A stretch of 56,236 nt of DNA, the filler included, from Bipalium vagum (lineage: Eukaryota), in assembly GCA_037834085.1 (NCBI GenBank). It is 3 parts of 3 records of this genome, joined end to end, with 100 filler letters (N's around TTAATTAATTAA, not from the genome) between each part and the next. Parts side by side here need not be neighbours in the genome. Positions count along the whole stretch, not along the records: positions 38,734 to 56,236 come from JBBMKC010057783.1; 2 more parts are not named here. One strand, given 5' to 3'. Positions 39,330 to 51,370 of this stretch are shown piece by piece. The number at the start of each line of letters is the position of its first letter. Positions within the stretch are counted from its first letter, which is position 1. The position numbers were made by a program, and so were the translations under genes. A model generated the notes under the pieces. That model saw nothing but the letters and a program-made list of their open reading frames with translations. It did no database searches and had not been told where the DNA came from.

Positions 39330-39676
39330 GTGGATCTTGAACGTTCTGTGTTGTTATTGCTGTTATGGGTCGACCACCGATAGGTCTGACTGCAAAGTCG
39401 CCAGTTCTTTGAATCGTTTAACAACATTGTACGCATTTCTTTGTTTGAATCCATTTGTGCGAACTATGTCGGCAGTCTTCATTCCAGCCTTGTGCAACTC
39501 ACAGATGGTCATGCGTTCGTGTTCACGGTTCATAACTAATTAATCTAAAGACATTCAAACAAATTAAAAAGTTGTATCAGATCAACGTTTTTCGAAGAAA
39601 TCAAAACTGTAAATCGCTTAAACAAAAATTTAAAAATCAATGAAAATAAAATTGCAACAACTTTTTGGCCACCCTG
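39330..39676 (-). mobile_element. 5' end of a Tc1/mariner-superfamily element (TIR plus HTH)
   Basis: CAGGGTGGCCAAAAAG end at 39676-39661; ATG 39533 MNREHERMTICELHKAGMKTADIVR...YNVVKRFKE, frameshift, then RPIGGRPITAIT. Confidence 0.7.
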
Positions 39677-41779
39677 CATATCTTACATATACAATGCGAC
39701 TTTTATTTTGGGCCACAATATTTCAAAAGTGGTCCAATATTAGAAGTTAAGACATAAAAAGGCTATGAAACGTGCTTATATGAACTTATGGATGTAATAA
39801 TAGAAATTAAAAGATTCTTTATTGCAAAGTTGCTTGGCAATATTATATTTATCTTCATATGATAATTTTTTTACTCATTCCTGATTTTGAAAATGTTATA
39901 CACGAAAATATTATTAAAACAAATTATTAAATTTTTAAACAAATTATTGACATTTTTGGACCAAGAATTTTATTTCTTATATGAAAATATCGAGAAATAT
40001 GATAAGTACAAATTATTGGTCCAAATATGGAGTTCGGTTTGATTATAGAAGTGTTTCATTTCAGAAATTGGTCCAAATTGCACTGTAGCTTAATGACAGT
40101 AAAACTGTTATTAATTGTTTCCGATTTTGGAGGTAGGGCTAAGTCGAAAAACTAAGATCATTCAAATGTATTATAAAACCCTATCTTTTTAATATTCTTT
40201 TCATTCTGATTTTATTGGACACATTCTATTTTTATTATTGATCTGAGGAAGTAATGATAATTCTGATGTTATTTATACAGATAATACCTTTTTCTTTATA
40301 TTGTTACCACCAATCTACAGCTATCAACCCCAACAATAATTAGCATTTATGTAATGGTATATAATTTTTATCAGGAAGCCTGAAAACGTCCCAGTTTTCA
40401 TTGATAGCAGTACTAGCAAATGTCATGAGTGTTATATTCTCCAGCCAGATAAAAGGTTCAAATGCGATAAAAGTCGCCTATGCGGTAATTAAAATTTCAA
40501 GAAAGGTTTATATTTTATCTTTGTTTTATTTTAGAACATTGTACCTTCAACGAGCCGGGATGTATTGGACTTGGTATTCGTAATTTTTCTATGATATATA
40601 ATGTCTTTCAATTTATGTAGAAGACCTAAGAATTCTGACTAATATTGGAATTCCTTGTCCCTATAATACTACCACTTACGACATAAAGGTTGGTCTTTGT
40701 GATGCTGCCAAATCCGGCATCCCAATGTCATCGGAGCTTATACAATTCTTGAATAGAAGAAAAGGGTGATTTGTTTTAAAATCACACCATTTTTAAATTT
40801 GTAATTTAGAGTCTGAAGTCTGGGAAACATTTAGTCTGAAAAAGAAATTGTTCCTAATAAAATAATTACTATAACTTGCTAATCTTTCTTTTTATTCATT
40901 TCAAGATTTAAACAAAAAAATAAAACTACCAATTTTTGTTTGATTAATTAAGATTTTAAAAAACATATTCCGTAGGTTTGAGATGATTGGTTGACTGAAT
41001 TTTACATAAGGATATACACAAGAGTAAATATATATGAACATCAAAAGTTACTGAATTAAGAGTTGAAAAAATATTTTTAAAAATGGTATTTTAAGCAATT
41101 AAACTTCATTTATTTTTGAGGATTACCTTGAGCTCGGCAGGTCTTTTGTCGTTGTGAATATTTAAACATATTGTAGAATTTTAAAAGTTTTATAAAGTGC
41201 TCAATATTTAAAATGTGTTTTATTACATTTTAAAATCTTTATAATAAAGGCACATTATATTAATTTATTGATTTTGTGAAATTTGTTTAAATATTATTTC
41301 TCTTTATGAATGAAACTGTCTCAATTTGTTGAAATCACAGCTAACAGTCGTCAAATATTAGTTTCATTTTTTTGTTTAATCATTTAATGTACAAAAAGGG
41401 GTATCATTTTATCGTTGTATTTAATATTACACAAAAACCAATATTTCTGAAAATTATTAATGATTCTTCTCATTGATTATAATCAATAATAATTATCAAT
41501 ACTTTCCTGAGCTCATAAATTTCAGCTATCTTACTAGAAATCGGTTTTCTTCTGTGACTATAATTGAGAAATGAATCGAAACATCGCTTCAGAACCTAAG
41601 TACTCGAAAAGATTATTGATACCAAATTCAGGGTAGTGAGTTCACGGTTGTATAGATTTTTTCTTGATAAACGGATATTTAATGTTTGCAAAGTTGAAGG
41701 GACACTATCTAAAGACCTATTTTTCTTATATGACTACATCTGATCTTATTATTAGTAAAAACTATTCGGAAACTTTGGA

Positions 41780-42010
41780 AAATAAATAATGAAATCCTTC
41801 GGCAACCGTACAACACCCAGACTTAGTTTCGACATATTTTCGTGATATTGATGGTCTATCGAATCTTTCGGCCTTAAAATACTTCCGAGAGATGGGAAAA
41901 AGTTATGATAGATTAATCTATTTTTATTAAAAAAATATATATGCTTTAAAGTAAACCTTCACAAATTATGAGAAAAGCCTGTGATAACCAGTCGAAAGGA
42001 TCACTATTGC
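41780..42010 (+). mobile_element. Highly decayed mariner C-terminal fragment
   Basis: EILRQP...PDLVSTYF resembles E.L.HPPYSPDLAPSDF. Confidence 0.35.
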
Positions 42011-42772
42011 GACAATTCGAAGAATATACTTAAAAGAAATGGAAATTAAAAATTTTAAACCAAAATAAGAAAAAAGATCTATATTATATTTTATTCAAGC
42101 ATGAACAATTCATTTCTAAAAAGATTTGATTGTAAAGGTCTTACAATATAAAGAATTAAATAAATTGGAAAGGAAAGAATTAAAGAAATGTTTGAAAAAA
42201 TTAACGAAACGCAACTAATATTAAAGGAAAAATTTCAATCCTTGGTCTTTAACTGAACAATTAAAATAAACGGGGTTGGTTTTCAGTAAATAGTTAATTA
42301 TTTACCATTTTTTTATGAATGACCTTCCACTCTTGAACTAATGTTTTAATTTTACATTTTTAGTCTCACCTAAGAGATTTACTGATAAAGTATGAGTCAA
42401 TGAGGCTTCTAATGGACTCCGCTTCATTAAAAGTATTGCTTTCAACGAATTATATCAATGACATAACAATTAAACAAATGAGATACGGATGCGTCAAGCC
42501 CGCTGAGTACAAAGACCATGAAAGCATGCCACCAAACGATCAATAATTTATTCTGAGTGACAAGAAATTTGTTTTTCTTTAAAACTAAACATGTTTATGA
42601 TAAATATATCTTCAAAAAAATATATGAAGGTCATAAAAACTTTTTATTGGTGTGATTAAAATAAATTTTAATGAATACAATAGTTAAACCAGGAAAATAA
42701 TAAAAAAATACAAAATCGTTTCTAATTTAAGCTCAGAAAACTTAAAGAATTATATAAACGGCAAATGATATC

Positions 42773-44762
42773 CTAATGGGTCAGGGTTTTACAAACGAGT
42801 GTGAGGAGCAAGGTTGATTCTTCGTCCTCGCTGGACGTGGAATGTTCTGTCAACGAAAACAACTGGGACATTTCGTGATTGTTGCTATTGATATAAAAGT
42901 CGTTGATGGTATCCATTTCGGAATGGAAAAGAGTTGTTTTCATGGATTCGGGGTTCGATGGATTTTCTGTGCCATAAGTACTGGAAGGTTGCATATTTGA
43001 TGTCGAATCGATGGTTTTCATCATTAATTCATTACTGACCGTTAAACTGTTTAAGTTGAGATTGAAAAGATCCGAATTCCTGGACAATATATTGATCGGA
43101 TCACAATTAATTTTTTCATTTGTTCTGGGCGATTGTGATTGGTTCTTCGAATTGAAATTCAAATCCTTGAATTTCGAAAGGAAATTAGAAACATTCGATT
43201 CTTCATTGTCCGAATCGTCATCTTTATCGTCACTGTCTTCTTCCTGCTCCTCACTATTTGTTTTGTTAAGCTTTTCAGTCGGCTTGAAGTTGTATTCCTC
43301 TCCTTCTGCCGATGCATCGGATTCTTTCTGAATTTCTCCAACCAAACTTGTCTGCAGTAATTTGGTATCAATCGAAACCTCTTCATAATCTTTGGCCAGC
43401 ATTGCCAAGTTGTACAGAGCCTCACAAAATTCGCTTTCTTCCAAACCCTCTGACACGAACCAATGTACAAAACTCCGTTTTGCGTACAGCCGGTGGAATT
43501 TCTGGGCCAGCCTTTGCCAAATGATGCTGATGGAAGAGGAATTTGTCATCATCACCACGCTGCTCTTTGTGTCCCCCATGTAGCTGTCCGGTAAAATAAG
43601 AGGGGGCTTATTCACAATTCCGACTTTAAATCCTGTGGGACACCAGTCTACGAAGTTGTATCGACGACTTGACTTTATTTCCGATAATGTGGAAAAGACC
43701 TCACAAGCGTTCACCAGGCCCCGATACACCAGTGAACAACTTAAATATTTCCCACTGAACGGATCACATTTCACCAATTGGTGGTTGATTTCAAACACAG
43801 ATTTGGTGATTTCGGCCAGACTGTTTTCGTCTCGGTCCATCTTGAACTCGTTTCCCAAAGGAGCAAAACTGACGAGAGGAAAATGTATTCTTGGATAAGG
43901 CACGAGATTTGTCAGAATTGCCTTAATGTCATTGAACATATCACTGCTGAATCTCGAGGATGCTGTTATACCACTATTGACTTGAGCGAAGATTCTGTTG
44001 ATTGTTGTCATTGTGGGCTGCTTCACAAACAAAATGTTGCATGAAATGTCAAACAATGCTTCGTTATCAAGTATTAGCCCAATATCACATTCCTCCATAC
44101 AAAAATGCTCTCCCAATATACTATTATACGGGCCGACGACACAGCTATCGAAATGAGGTGAAGGATGAATGGGTAGCTCAAATGTTAAAATCTTCATGTA
44201 CTCCTCCAATATTTCAAAAATTATGGGTGTAAGACCGGATCCGGAACCACCAGCCAGCGACCTGTAAAACAAAATCGAGTTTACCAAATCACACGATTCA
44301 ATCTCTTTTCTCAAATGACTTTCAATCGTTTGATACAGCAATCGACCTATTGTGTTAAATGCTCGAGAAAAATTTCCCGAACTATCGTCCATGCCATTAA
44401 TCAATTGGAAAGGATGGTAAAGGTTTCTATATGACCCTGTTCTTAATTGGTCTAGAAATATCCAACAATTAACTATTTTAATATTACATTACAATTACTA
44501 AGAACAGTTGGCTCCAGATCAATGAAAAGACCCCTAGGCACAAATTGTCCACAATGGGATTCTGAGAAAAACGTTTCAAATAATCTGTCACTTCCGTGTA
44601 TTCCGTCACTCATCTTTCCGCTCCTATCAATTCCGTGCTCGGCACATAACAATTCCCAATTTGAAAAGCCTATCTGGTTACCGGCTTGTCCGATGTGAAG
44701 AGATAAAATCTCTTTCTGAAAATAAATGTTTTCACATAAAAACCTTCAATCAGTATTACCAT
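42773..44762 (-). CDS. Highly divergent alpha-tubulin-like protein with long C-terminal extension, 632 aa; exons 44762-44760, 44715-44499, 44451-42773
   Basis: M|KEILSLHIGQAGNQIG, WEL.CAEHGI, VPR..FIDLEPTV, AGGSGSG, DNEA, TNLVPYPRIHFPL, FVDWCPTGFKVGI, YAKR.FVHW, DYEEV. ATG-only first exon, as in many animal alpha-tubulins. GT-AG introns of 44 and 47 bp; uninterrupted 1899-nt frame. Confidence 0.93.
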
Positions 44763-44989
44763 TCCTTTCAAATTCAAATTATTGATTAGATTGAAAATCA
44801 ATAAAAAGTTAATTAATAATTAATAATTTCTATTTCCTATTTTCTACAAGCTTTTCTATCAAGATATAATTGAATTTGTAGAAATTATTATTTCTTTTAA
44901 TGAGAATAGATTTTCAGCACAACCTATGTATAAGATTGGATGAAAGTTCTACAGCTTTTCATTATATTTATGTATTTTTGAGTATTTCA

Positions 44990-45190
44990 AGGACTTGAGA
45001 ACTTGTTTCGAAGCAATCCACTCATTTTACCAGTTTTTGTCATCATAATTCTTGAAGCTCTGGTCAGACAGACTAAGGTCTATCGACTGATCATGTCATG
45101 GTTAGATTTATCAATATTTGGTGAGTACAGTGGATTGGGTAAAACCTCCAATACAATCTTTAGCATTTCTATGATAGGTTTAGCAACTTA
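44990..45190 (-). mobile_element. Mariner C-terminal remnant
   Basis: VAKPIIEML...EVLPNPLYSPNI, LSDQSFKNYDD and WIASK. Confidence 0.65.
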
Positions 45191-46399
45191 GTACTCACAG
45201 TATGTATATCTAACGAGATTTATAAAAATAATTTTAAAAACCTACTAAGAAATCATAAATATATTTATTTTATTATTTTTATCACAAATAATCCTCCACA
45301 GAGTTTCAGGAGATTTTGGAAATAAAGTTAAACATTTCTTTGGTATTTTCATAGTTAGGAAAAAGAAAATTCGGTATGATAGAATTATGGACCTCAAAGT
45401 CATCTGTGGAGACTGCGAAAGAACTAAAAATTTTTGTGATTAAAACATTTTTGCAAAAAAATTAGACAATTTGTGAGATTAATTAATAAAGCATCTTTTT
45501 ATTTGTTATGTTTAGTTTTTATTTATTTTCATATTCACGTAAAATAAAAATCTCTGAGAAATTATCCTAAATGTTTATATTATTATTATTATTATTATTA
45601 TTAATATCATTATTATTATTATAAATTAAATTATTTCAAAAAATAAATTAAATGTGTAATTTAAAAATGGATAAGCTGACTTACTAAACATATAATTCAT
45701 AGTTAAAATAATTAAAAAAGGAATAAAAAAATAGGTAAAAGTTTAAATTGGAACAACATAGTTTTAAAAATAGTATGAGTCTGAGTTTGAAAAATATTTA
45801 AGGTCAGCATAAGATTGACGAAAGGCACAAAAAATTAGCTTCATCAAGCTTAAAAAATTTAAGGTCAATAAGCACCAAACATATTCAGACAGATAACAGA
45901 GTCAGATTTTACAAGCATAAACAAAAATTGGACGCTATAAATTGTAAAATATTTACATTCCAAGAACATCCTGTGTAACGCGGAGTACATAAGCTCAATC
46001 ACAAGTATTCTAGGGACTCATTGCAAAATCAAGTTTCAGTGTCATAAGAAAATTTGGTTAATTTTATTATCATTACTATTATCATCTCTTTTGATATTAA
46101 ATTGCACAAGATATATATATATTGGATAAAAGTCAAAAAAACTTTTTAATTCTAAAAAATTTAAAAATATCATTTTTAAATATCTAAAATTTTTTTTTAA
46201 AATTATTTTTTAAAAATAATTATTTTTTAAAAATATTAATTAAGGAAAACATTAATCATCTATTGATTTCTGCTTTCTCCATTTTGTGAATTAATTTCTG
46301 GTTTATTAAGAATCAGTAAATAAAATATATAAAAAATATACATCAAAATCAGTCAATCCAATAATCACTAGTCCTTAGCATTCAGAATTTTCCTTTTTT

Positions 46400-47050
46400 A
46401 TTCCCATCTTTTTTCTCCTTTTGTTTACACAGCGGTTAGGCTGGTAAATTGTCTCAGGGACTTTCCACAGCTTACAAGGCAACTGTGAAAGGAATTCCAG
46501 AGATTCTTATTAACCTTATTTGTAATAATTACTTTTAGTTTTTACCAATAAACGTATTTATCATTAATCGATATGTTCTCAATTTGCTTTTATTGTGTAG
46601 TTTTCTGTTATTTTGTCCCCATTAGTTTCGAATTAAACTCTATAAAACCTTCTGATAGCAAATATTTTGTTGAGTTACCTAACGTCCCAATTCGATATTC
46701 TTAATCCAGATATTCTTACTCCAGATTTTTTGTAATAACGTGTTCAGTTCTATGAATAAGCGCTGTGACATGATTATTAAGAATAAGGTGGGACAAATAA
46801 TTATTAAGAACAAAATGTTGTTACTAATTGTTTGTCTGTTTAACATAAATATATTCGTACCGATATTTTTTGTGTCACATATTTTCAAACTTTTCTAGTA
46901 ATTATGCTTATATTTGTAAAACAAACTATTTTCATCCTCTTGTTGTTTTTAAATATGCAGCATACTTAGAAACAATGGCCTATATATCTCTAACAATAAT
47001 ATTCTAACGATTTTTTCTTTAAATGTTATTTTATTATTTGCATTATAATC
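46400..47050 (-). mobile_element. Decayed Penelope-like RT fragment
   Basis: In order: V.DI.AIV (YVDD-like), EDENS, Y.KQTN (YRKPT-like), ALIHR; homologous to 17790-18040. Confidence 0.5.
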
Positions 47051-47269
47051 GTATGGATAATTATTGGAGTAAGTGCATATAGGTAATTTAAACAAAGGGG
47101 CCCAAATGATATTATCATACCAAAAATTCAGTTTAAATTATGAAAAGTATAATAAGTTATGTAAATTTTAAATTTTCACCGTAAAACAGAAATCATAAAA
47201 ATGAATTGTAGAGTTATAAAATAATAAATTATAATTAATCAAATCCTGCCATCTTTGAATTAATGTTAT

Positions 47270-47660
47270 ATAAGTGATTTCCTGTTAAAAAATGTCTCGC
47301 TGAGCTTTTAATGAGCTTCTCGACCCTGAAAGTTTTCCCGTTCAAGGAATTCTGTAGCGGCTAAAAATGAAAATTATAACGTAAGTAAAAATTTCTATAC
47401 ATGGAAAAGATTTCCAAACCTTAATATCAATTTTCTTATGATCAATGATATGAGGCCAGATAACATCGTTTTTGTATACATTGTCCAAAGGATTTACTTA
47501 TTACGAGTGCTTTTTGAGTACTATATTGTTCAATGTTATTTTAACGAGTATCATCATTTTCTAGATGTGCAATCCTGCTTTTCTGACGTCTTCCAATGTT
47601 ATAATCTTTTAAGAACCACATTTCAGTGAACAACTCATTTTTCATTCTTCGTTACCAATT
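47270..47660 (-). mobile_element. Internally deleted mariner catalytic-domain remnant
   Basis: LVTKNEK*V..NV (VTGDEKW-like), KAGLH, .PHI and LQNSLNGKTF. Confidence 0.6.
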
Positions 47661-47899
47661 TTTTCAAAAACGTGTGTTTTTATATTGGTTTATACTACAT
47701 GTTGAAATACGTTCCAATAAATTAGCCCTTGTTAAACTAATGCTTTTTAACTTCATTTAATTTTAAAATATTTTCTTCTTCTTCACCAACACATCTCTAT
47801 AGGACTATGCAAATCTTAAGGTGCGGCTAAGATTATGAAACATTTTATATAATTCAGTTGCTGATAGTTAATCAGCAGGTTTATTGTCTGAAGTGTTGT

Positions 47900-48900
47900 A
47901 AGTATTAATAGTGCCCCTTTAATCTTATCCGTCCACATATTTGATACACTCAAAGTACTATAATACACTCAATAATTGTTATTTCTATTAAGGTTGGCGA
48001 TTTCTCCTTGATATCCTGAGATTGCCGGGGGATTTAATATGAAATCCCTTGATATTGCTCATGGAACTTTAATATTTTGTTCTTAATTTGACTTACATTA
48101 CGTGTTTTACACTGGAGAGCTTTATTATATGCGTACAAAGTTTCAGTACGTTTTATAAATTAATGTCAATACTAAGAAAGAAGAAAATTTATTTACTAAA
48201 AATGTTTTTGTTTCGCATTCAATAAATATGTTTTGAGAAAAAATACCTGATTCGATTATACGATTAGTAAATTTTGTTATTTTTAAAAATTTTTAAGCTA
48301 AAAATCAATTACATAAAAAGGTTAAGAAATAATAAGAAAATAGAAAAGTAAGAATGAGAAATAAAAAATAAATTATTTAACACATAACCGAAAGGGGTCT
48401 GCAGAAAAAGTGAAACAGTTTTTCTTTTTTGAAAGTATTTTCCTATAGAAATGGCAAGTGCTACACCACGAAAGACAGTATGAACACCACAGAAATTATT
48501 AGTATCTTTACGGGATCTGATAAATCTGTTTTATAAGCCCACCACTACTAGGACATACCACTGGAACACTTTCCTCTTGGGAGTTCTGTTTAATCTTTGT
48601 TTGGAAGACACCTAATTTCAGAGGACTGAGTCGAATCCATTCATTTTGGTTTCTTTTAATTGACATTTTAACAGCTGCAATATTTCTTTTACACCACACA
48701 TTTCTTGGTCTTCTTGGAGTTGCAACATTCATAAGTCAATGTATTTGCTCAAAGTTTTGCACCAGACATTTCTCTGTTCTTCTAATCAGTTGACAGCCAA
48801 AATTGGTTTTAATACGCTTTTATTTTTTTTTCATTGAACGGGTACTTTGGTAATAAATTTGAATTATTTGAAATTATTGTTCATTTGTAAATTGATGCAC
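47900..48900 (-). mobile_element. Fragmented DUF4817/rosa-like transposase (N-terminus 48900-48590, C-terminal trace ~48040-47900)
   Basis: HQFTNEQ*FQIIQIYYQSTRS, RPRNV....NIAAVKMSI..N.N..IR....LG, then EIA.L near the end. Confidence 0.6.
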
Positions 48901-49767
48901 ATTCAAAACGGTGAACATTAATAAATATATAAACGAAATGTTAAAACAAATGAAATTAAATAAAAGTTTATATTCAAAATAGAAAATGCGTCTTCCTTAA
49001 TGAAAAACTCTTAATAATATCCATATTACTTGTTATTATTATATTATTATTTAATATATAATTTTTTTTATAAAAGTAATTTTATATATTTATTTTAATT
49101 TAGTTATCATTATTTTTTATTTATTTATGATTAAAAAAATTAATTAACTTAATCAAAAAAATTTATAACAATAAAATGTAAATGTTTTTATGAGTAATAA
49201 AAGTTTTGATTTGATTGCTAATCTGAAACCAACTAGATGAATTTGCTAATTGAACAGAGGAATTTTTGATATTGATTTTTTGATTAAATTGTTGATTACT
49301 GATAACTAAAATTATTTCTTTTCCCTCTTTGACTCTGACTACCACATAAACAAAGGGAATTGACAAGGATTCCTCAAAACTCGAATTAGCAAGCATTCTA
49401 AAAAAGTAGATTAAGAAAAGTATATAATAACTTAGCTAGTTATAAAGAAAAAAGGAAAAAATGCTAAGAAAATGAAGTAAATAAAAAAATCTCAATAAAC
49501 ATTGTGTGATATAAAATACAACCGTATCTTTAATTAAAAAATCGGTTCTCATCGTGTTCAAATTCAAAAATCTTTTATTGATTCAAGAGAAATTGGTAAA
49601 AACGATTAAGGAATAAATAATAATATAGAAAAAAATTTCGTTTCAATAAAAAAATAATTTATACTATTCAAAAAACTTAAAATATTAAAATAAAAAATAA
49701 TGCATCTGTTTTGAAAAAAGTTTGCATTTAAAAAAAGCCTCCTTCAAATTTTTATATGTATAGTATA

Positions 49768-50690
49768 CGAGGGTGGGTTGAAAAGTTCAGTGATACAATA
49801 AAATCGAAACATAAACAAATTTATTTTTCAATGTTGCCTCCTACAAGCTGATCAAACTTTATTAAAGGTTTCTCAAAATCTCACTATTTGACGAAAATCT
49901 TTGTCCATCGAGAATTTTCTTCAGGTTTCTGACGGGGCCAGATTTGGAGAATTAGATGGGTGTGGAATTAATTAATTAAGTGCAACTTTTTAAATTTTTC
50001 CCTTGAAAATTTACATGTGTGAGCAGGTGCATATCAAGGTTGAAAAAATTTGTTTACTCGACAGACCTGGACATTTCTCACGAATATGCTGTAACAGCTT
50101 ATCAAGTTGGTTTGCGTAATATAACACAGTTATCGTCTTATCTTTTTCAAGGCAGCCCATAAAAATAATACCTTTAGTAACCCAAAATACGGTAGCCAGA
50201 ATTTTTCCTGACGAGTGAACCGTTTTCGCCTTCTTGGTCGCTGGTTCATCCTTTGCTGTTCATTGCGTTGATTGAATTTTTGTTTTCGGCGGATAATAAT
50301 GAAGCCGGATTTTGACCACAGTGATAAATTGATTGAAGAAATCTGGATGATGTCGTAAAAGCTGCAAACACTGCTCTGAAGTTGCCACACGATGTTTTTT
50401 TGATGTGGCGTTATCACACACGGTACCCATCTTGCACACAGCTTTTTCATACTAAATTCTTCATGCAAGATGTGATGAACACGCTATTTCGAGATGCCTG
50501 TAGCTTCAGCAATCTGAATCAATTTTAATCTACGGTCTGTCAACACGATTTCTTGAATATTTTCCACCATTTCCTCGGAGGTTGCTGTTTTTAGTCTACC
50601 AGATCGTGGTGCCTCTTTAATGCTCACACCACCCTGATTAAATTGGCAACCAACTCGTAAACGTTTTTAATGAGGGTGAAAATTCAACCT
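49768..50690 (-). mobile_element. 5'-truncated mariner element with right TIR
   Basis: TA-CGAGGGTGGGTTGAAAAGTTC terminus at 49768; PRSGR, HEEFSMKKLCARWVP and PHPSNSPNLAPSE motifs. Confidence 0.85.
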
Positions 50691-50756
50691 TCACATACGT
50701 GTGGACTGATCTGACCACTGAGCTACATTCCCAGACTAATTTTCAATTTATCTCAC
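50688..50756 (-). repeat. Truncated second copy of the tRNA-derived repeat
   Basis: GGGAATGTAGCTCAGTGGTCAGATCAGTC...GTGAAGG plus the same upstream flank (GAGATAAATTGAAAATTA) as the 52967-53062 copy. Confidence 0.7.
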
Positions 50757-51169
50757 AGCAATGAATAAAGAAAGTGTATGTTAACTTAAAAGTATTTTGT
50801 TGTTGATTATTTGTATTGTTAATTTAAAAGTGCCCGTAAAAACAATTTTTGCCCGTCATAGTAATTTAGAATGTACTCTTTGGTACTAAAAGATTGGGCA
50901 CCATTGGTCTACACAGTCCTACACTGTTTTACACGATGTAAATGGGAAAATGCTATTTCATTTTCAATATAGTCCAGGCTTAGCTAGATTTTTATTATTT
51001 CGAGAAATAATATAAAAGGAGTCGGTTTAGATTGTTTTCCCTTTTCAAATATGGCTCATTTCTAAACCGTTACACTTTTACAATACAGTTTTAAAAGATG
51101 AAAATAATTAGAGCCCTTAGAGTGGAATGGTGTTCATATAGAATAATGTAAGGGTACCCTGTTAGTTTT

Positions 51170-51370
51170 CAAGTAAATATTTGGTACCATTTTATTTATA
51201 TGAGCATTTATAATATTTTTATTTTTTAAAATAATTTTCGTTGTTTTATTCATTTTATATTGGATAAATCAAGTGATAAACATGAACCTAGGACTTTGAA
51301 ACGTCACCTAATATCTAGGAAAATAATGATAACAGATCTTCATATTTGCAGATGACTCTAGCTTATGATT
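51170..51370 (+). mobile_element. Possible RTE-type LINE reverse-transcriptase remnant
   Basis: ITDL/IFADDSSL (FADD motif) with one frameshift. Confidence 0.4.

Noticed and set aside
43011-44232. Multiple overlapping ORFs within the tubulin gene
   Set aside because: Shadow frames of the tubulin CDS with no independent motifs.
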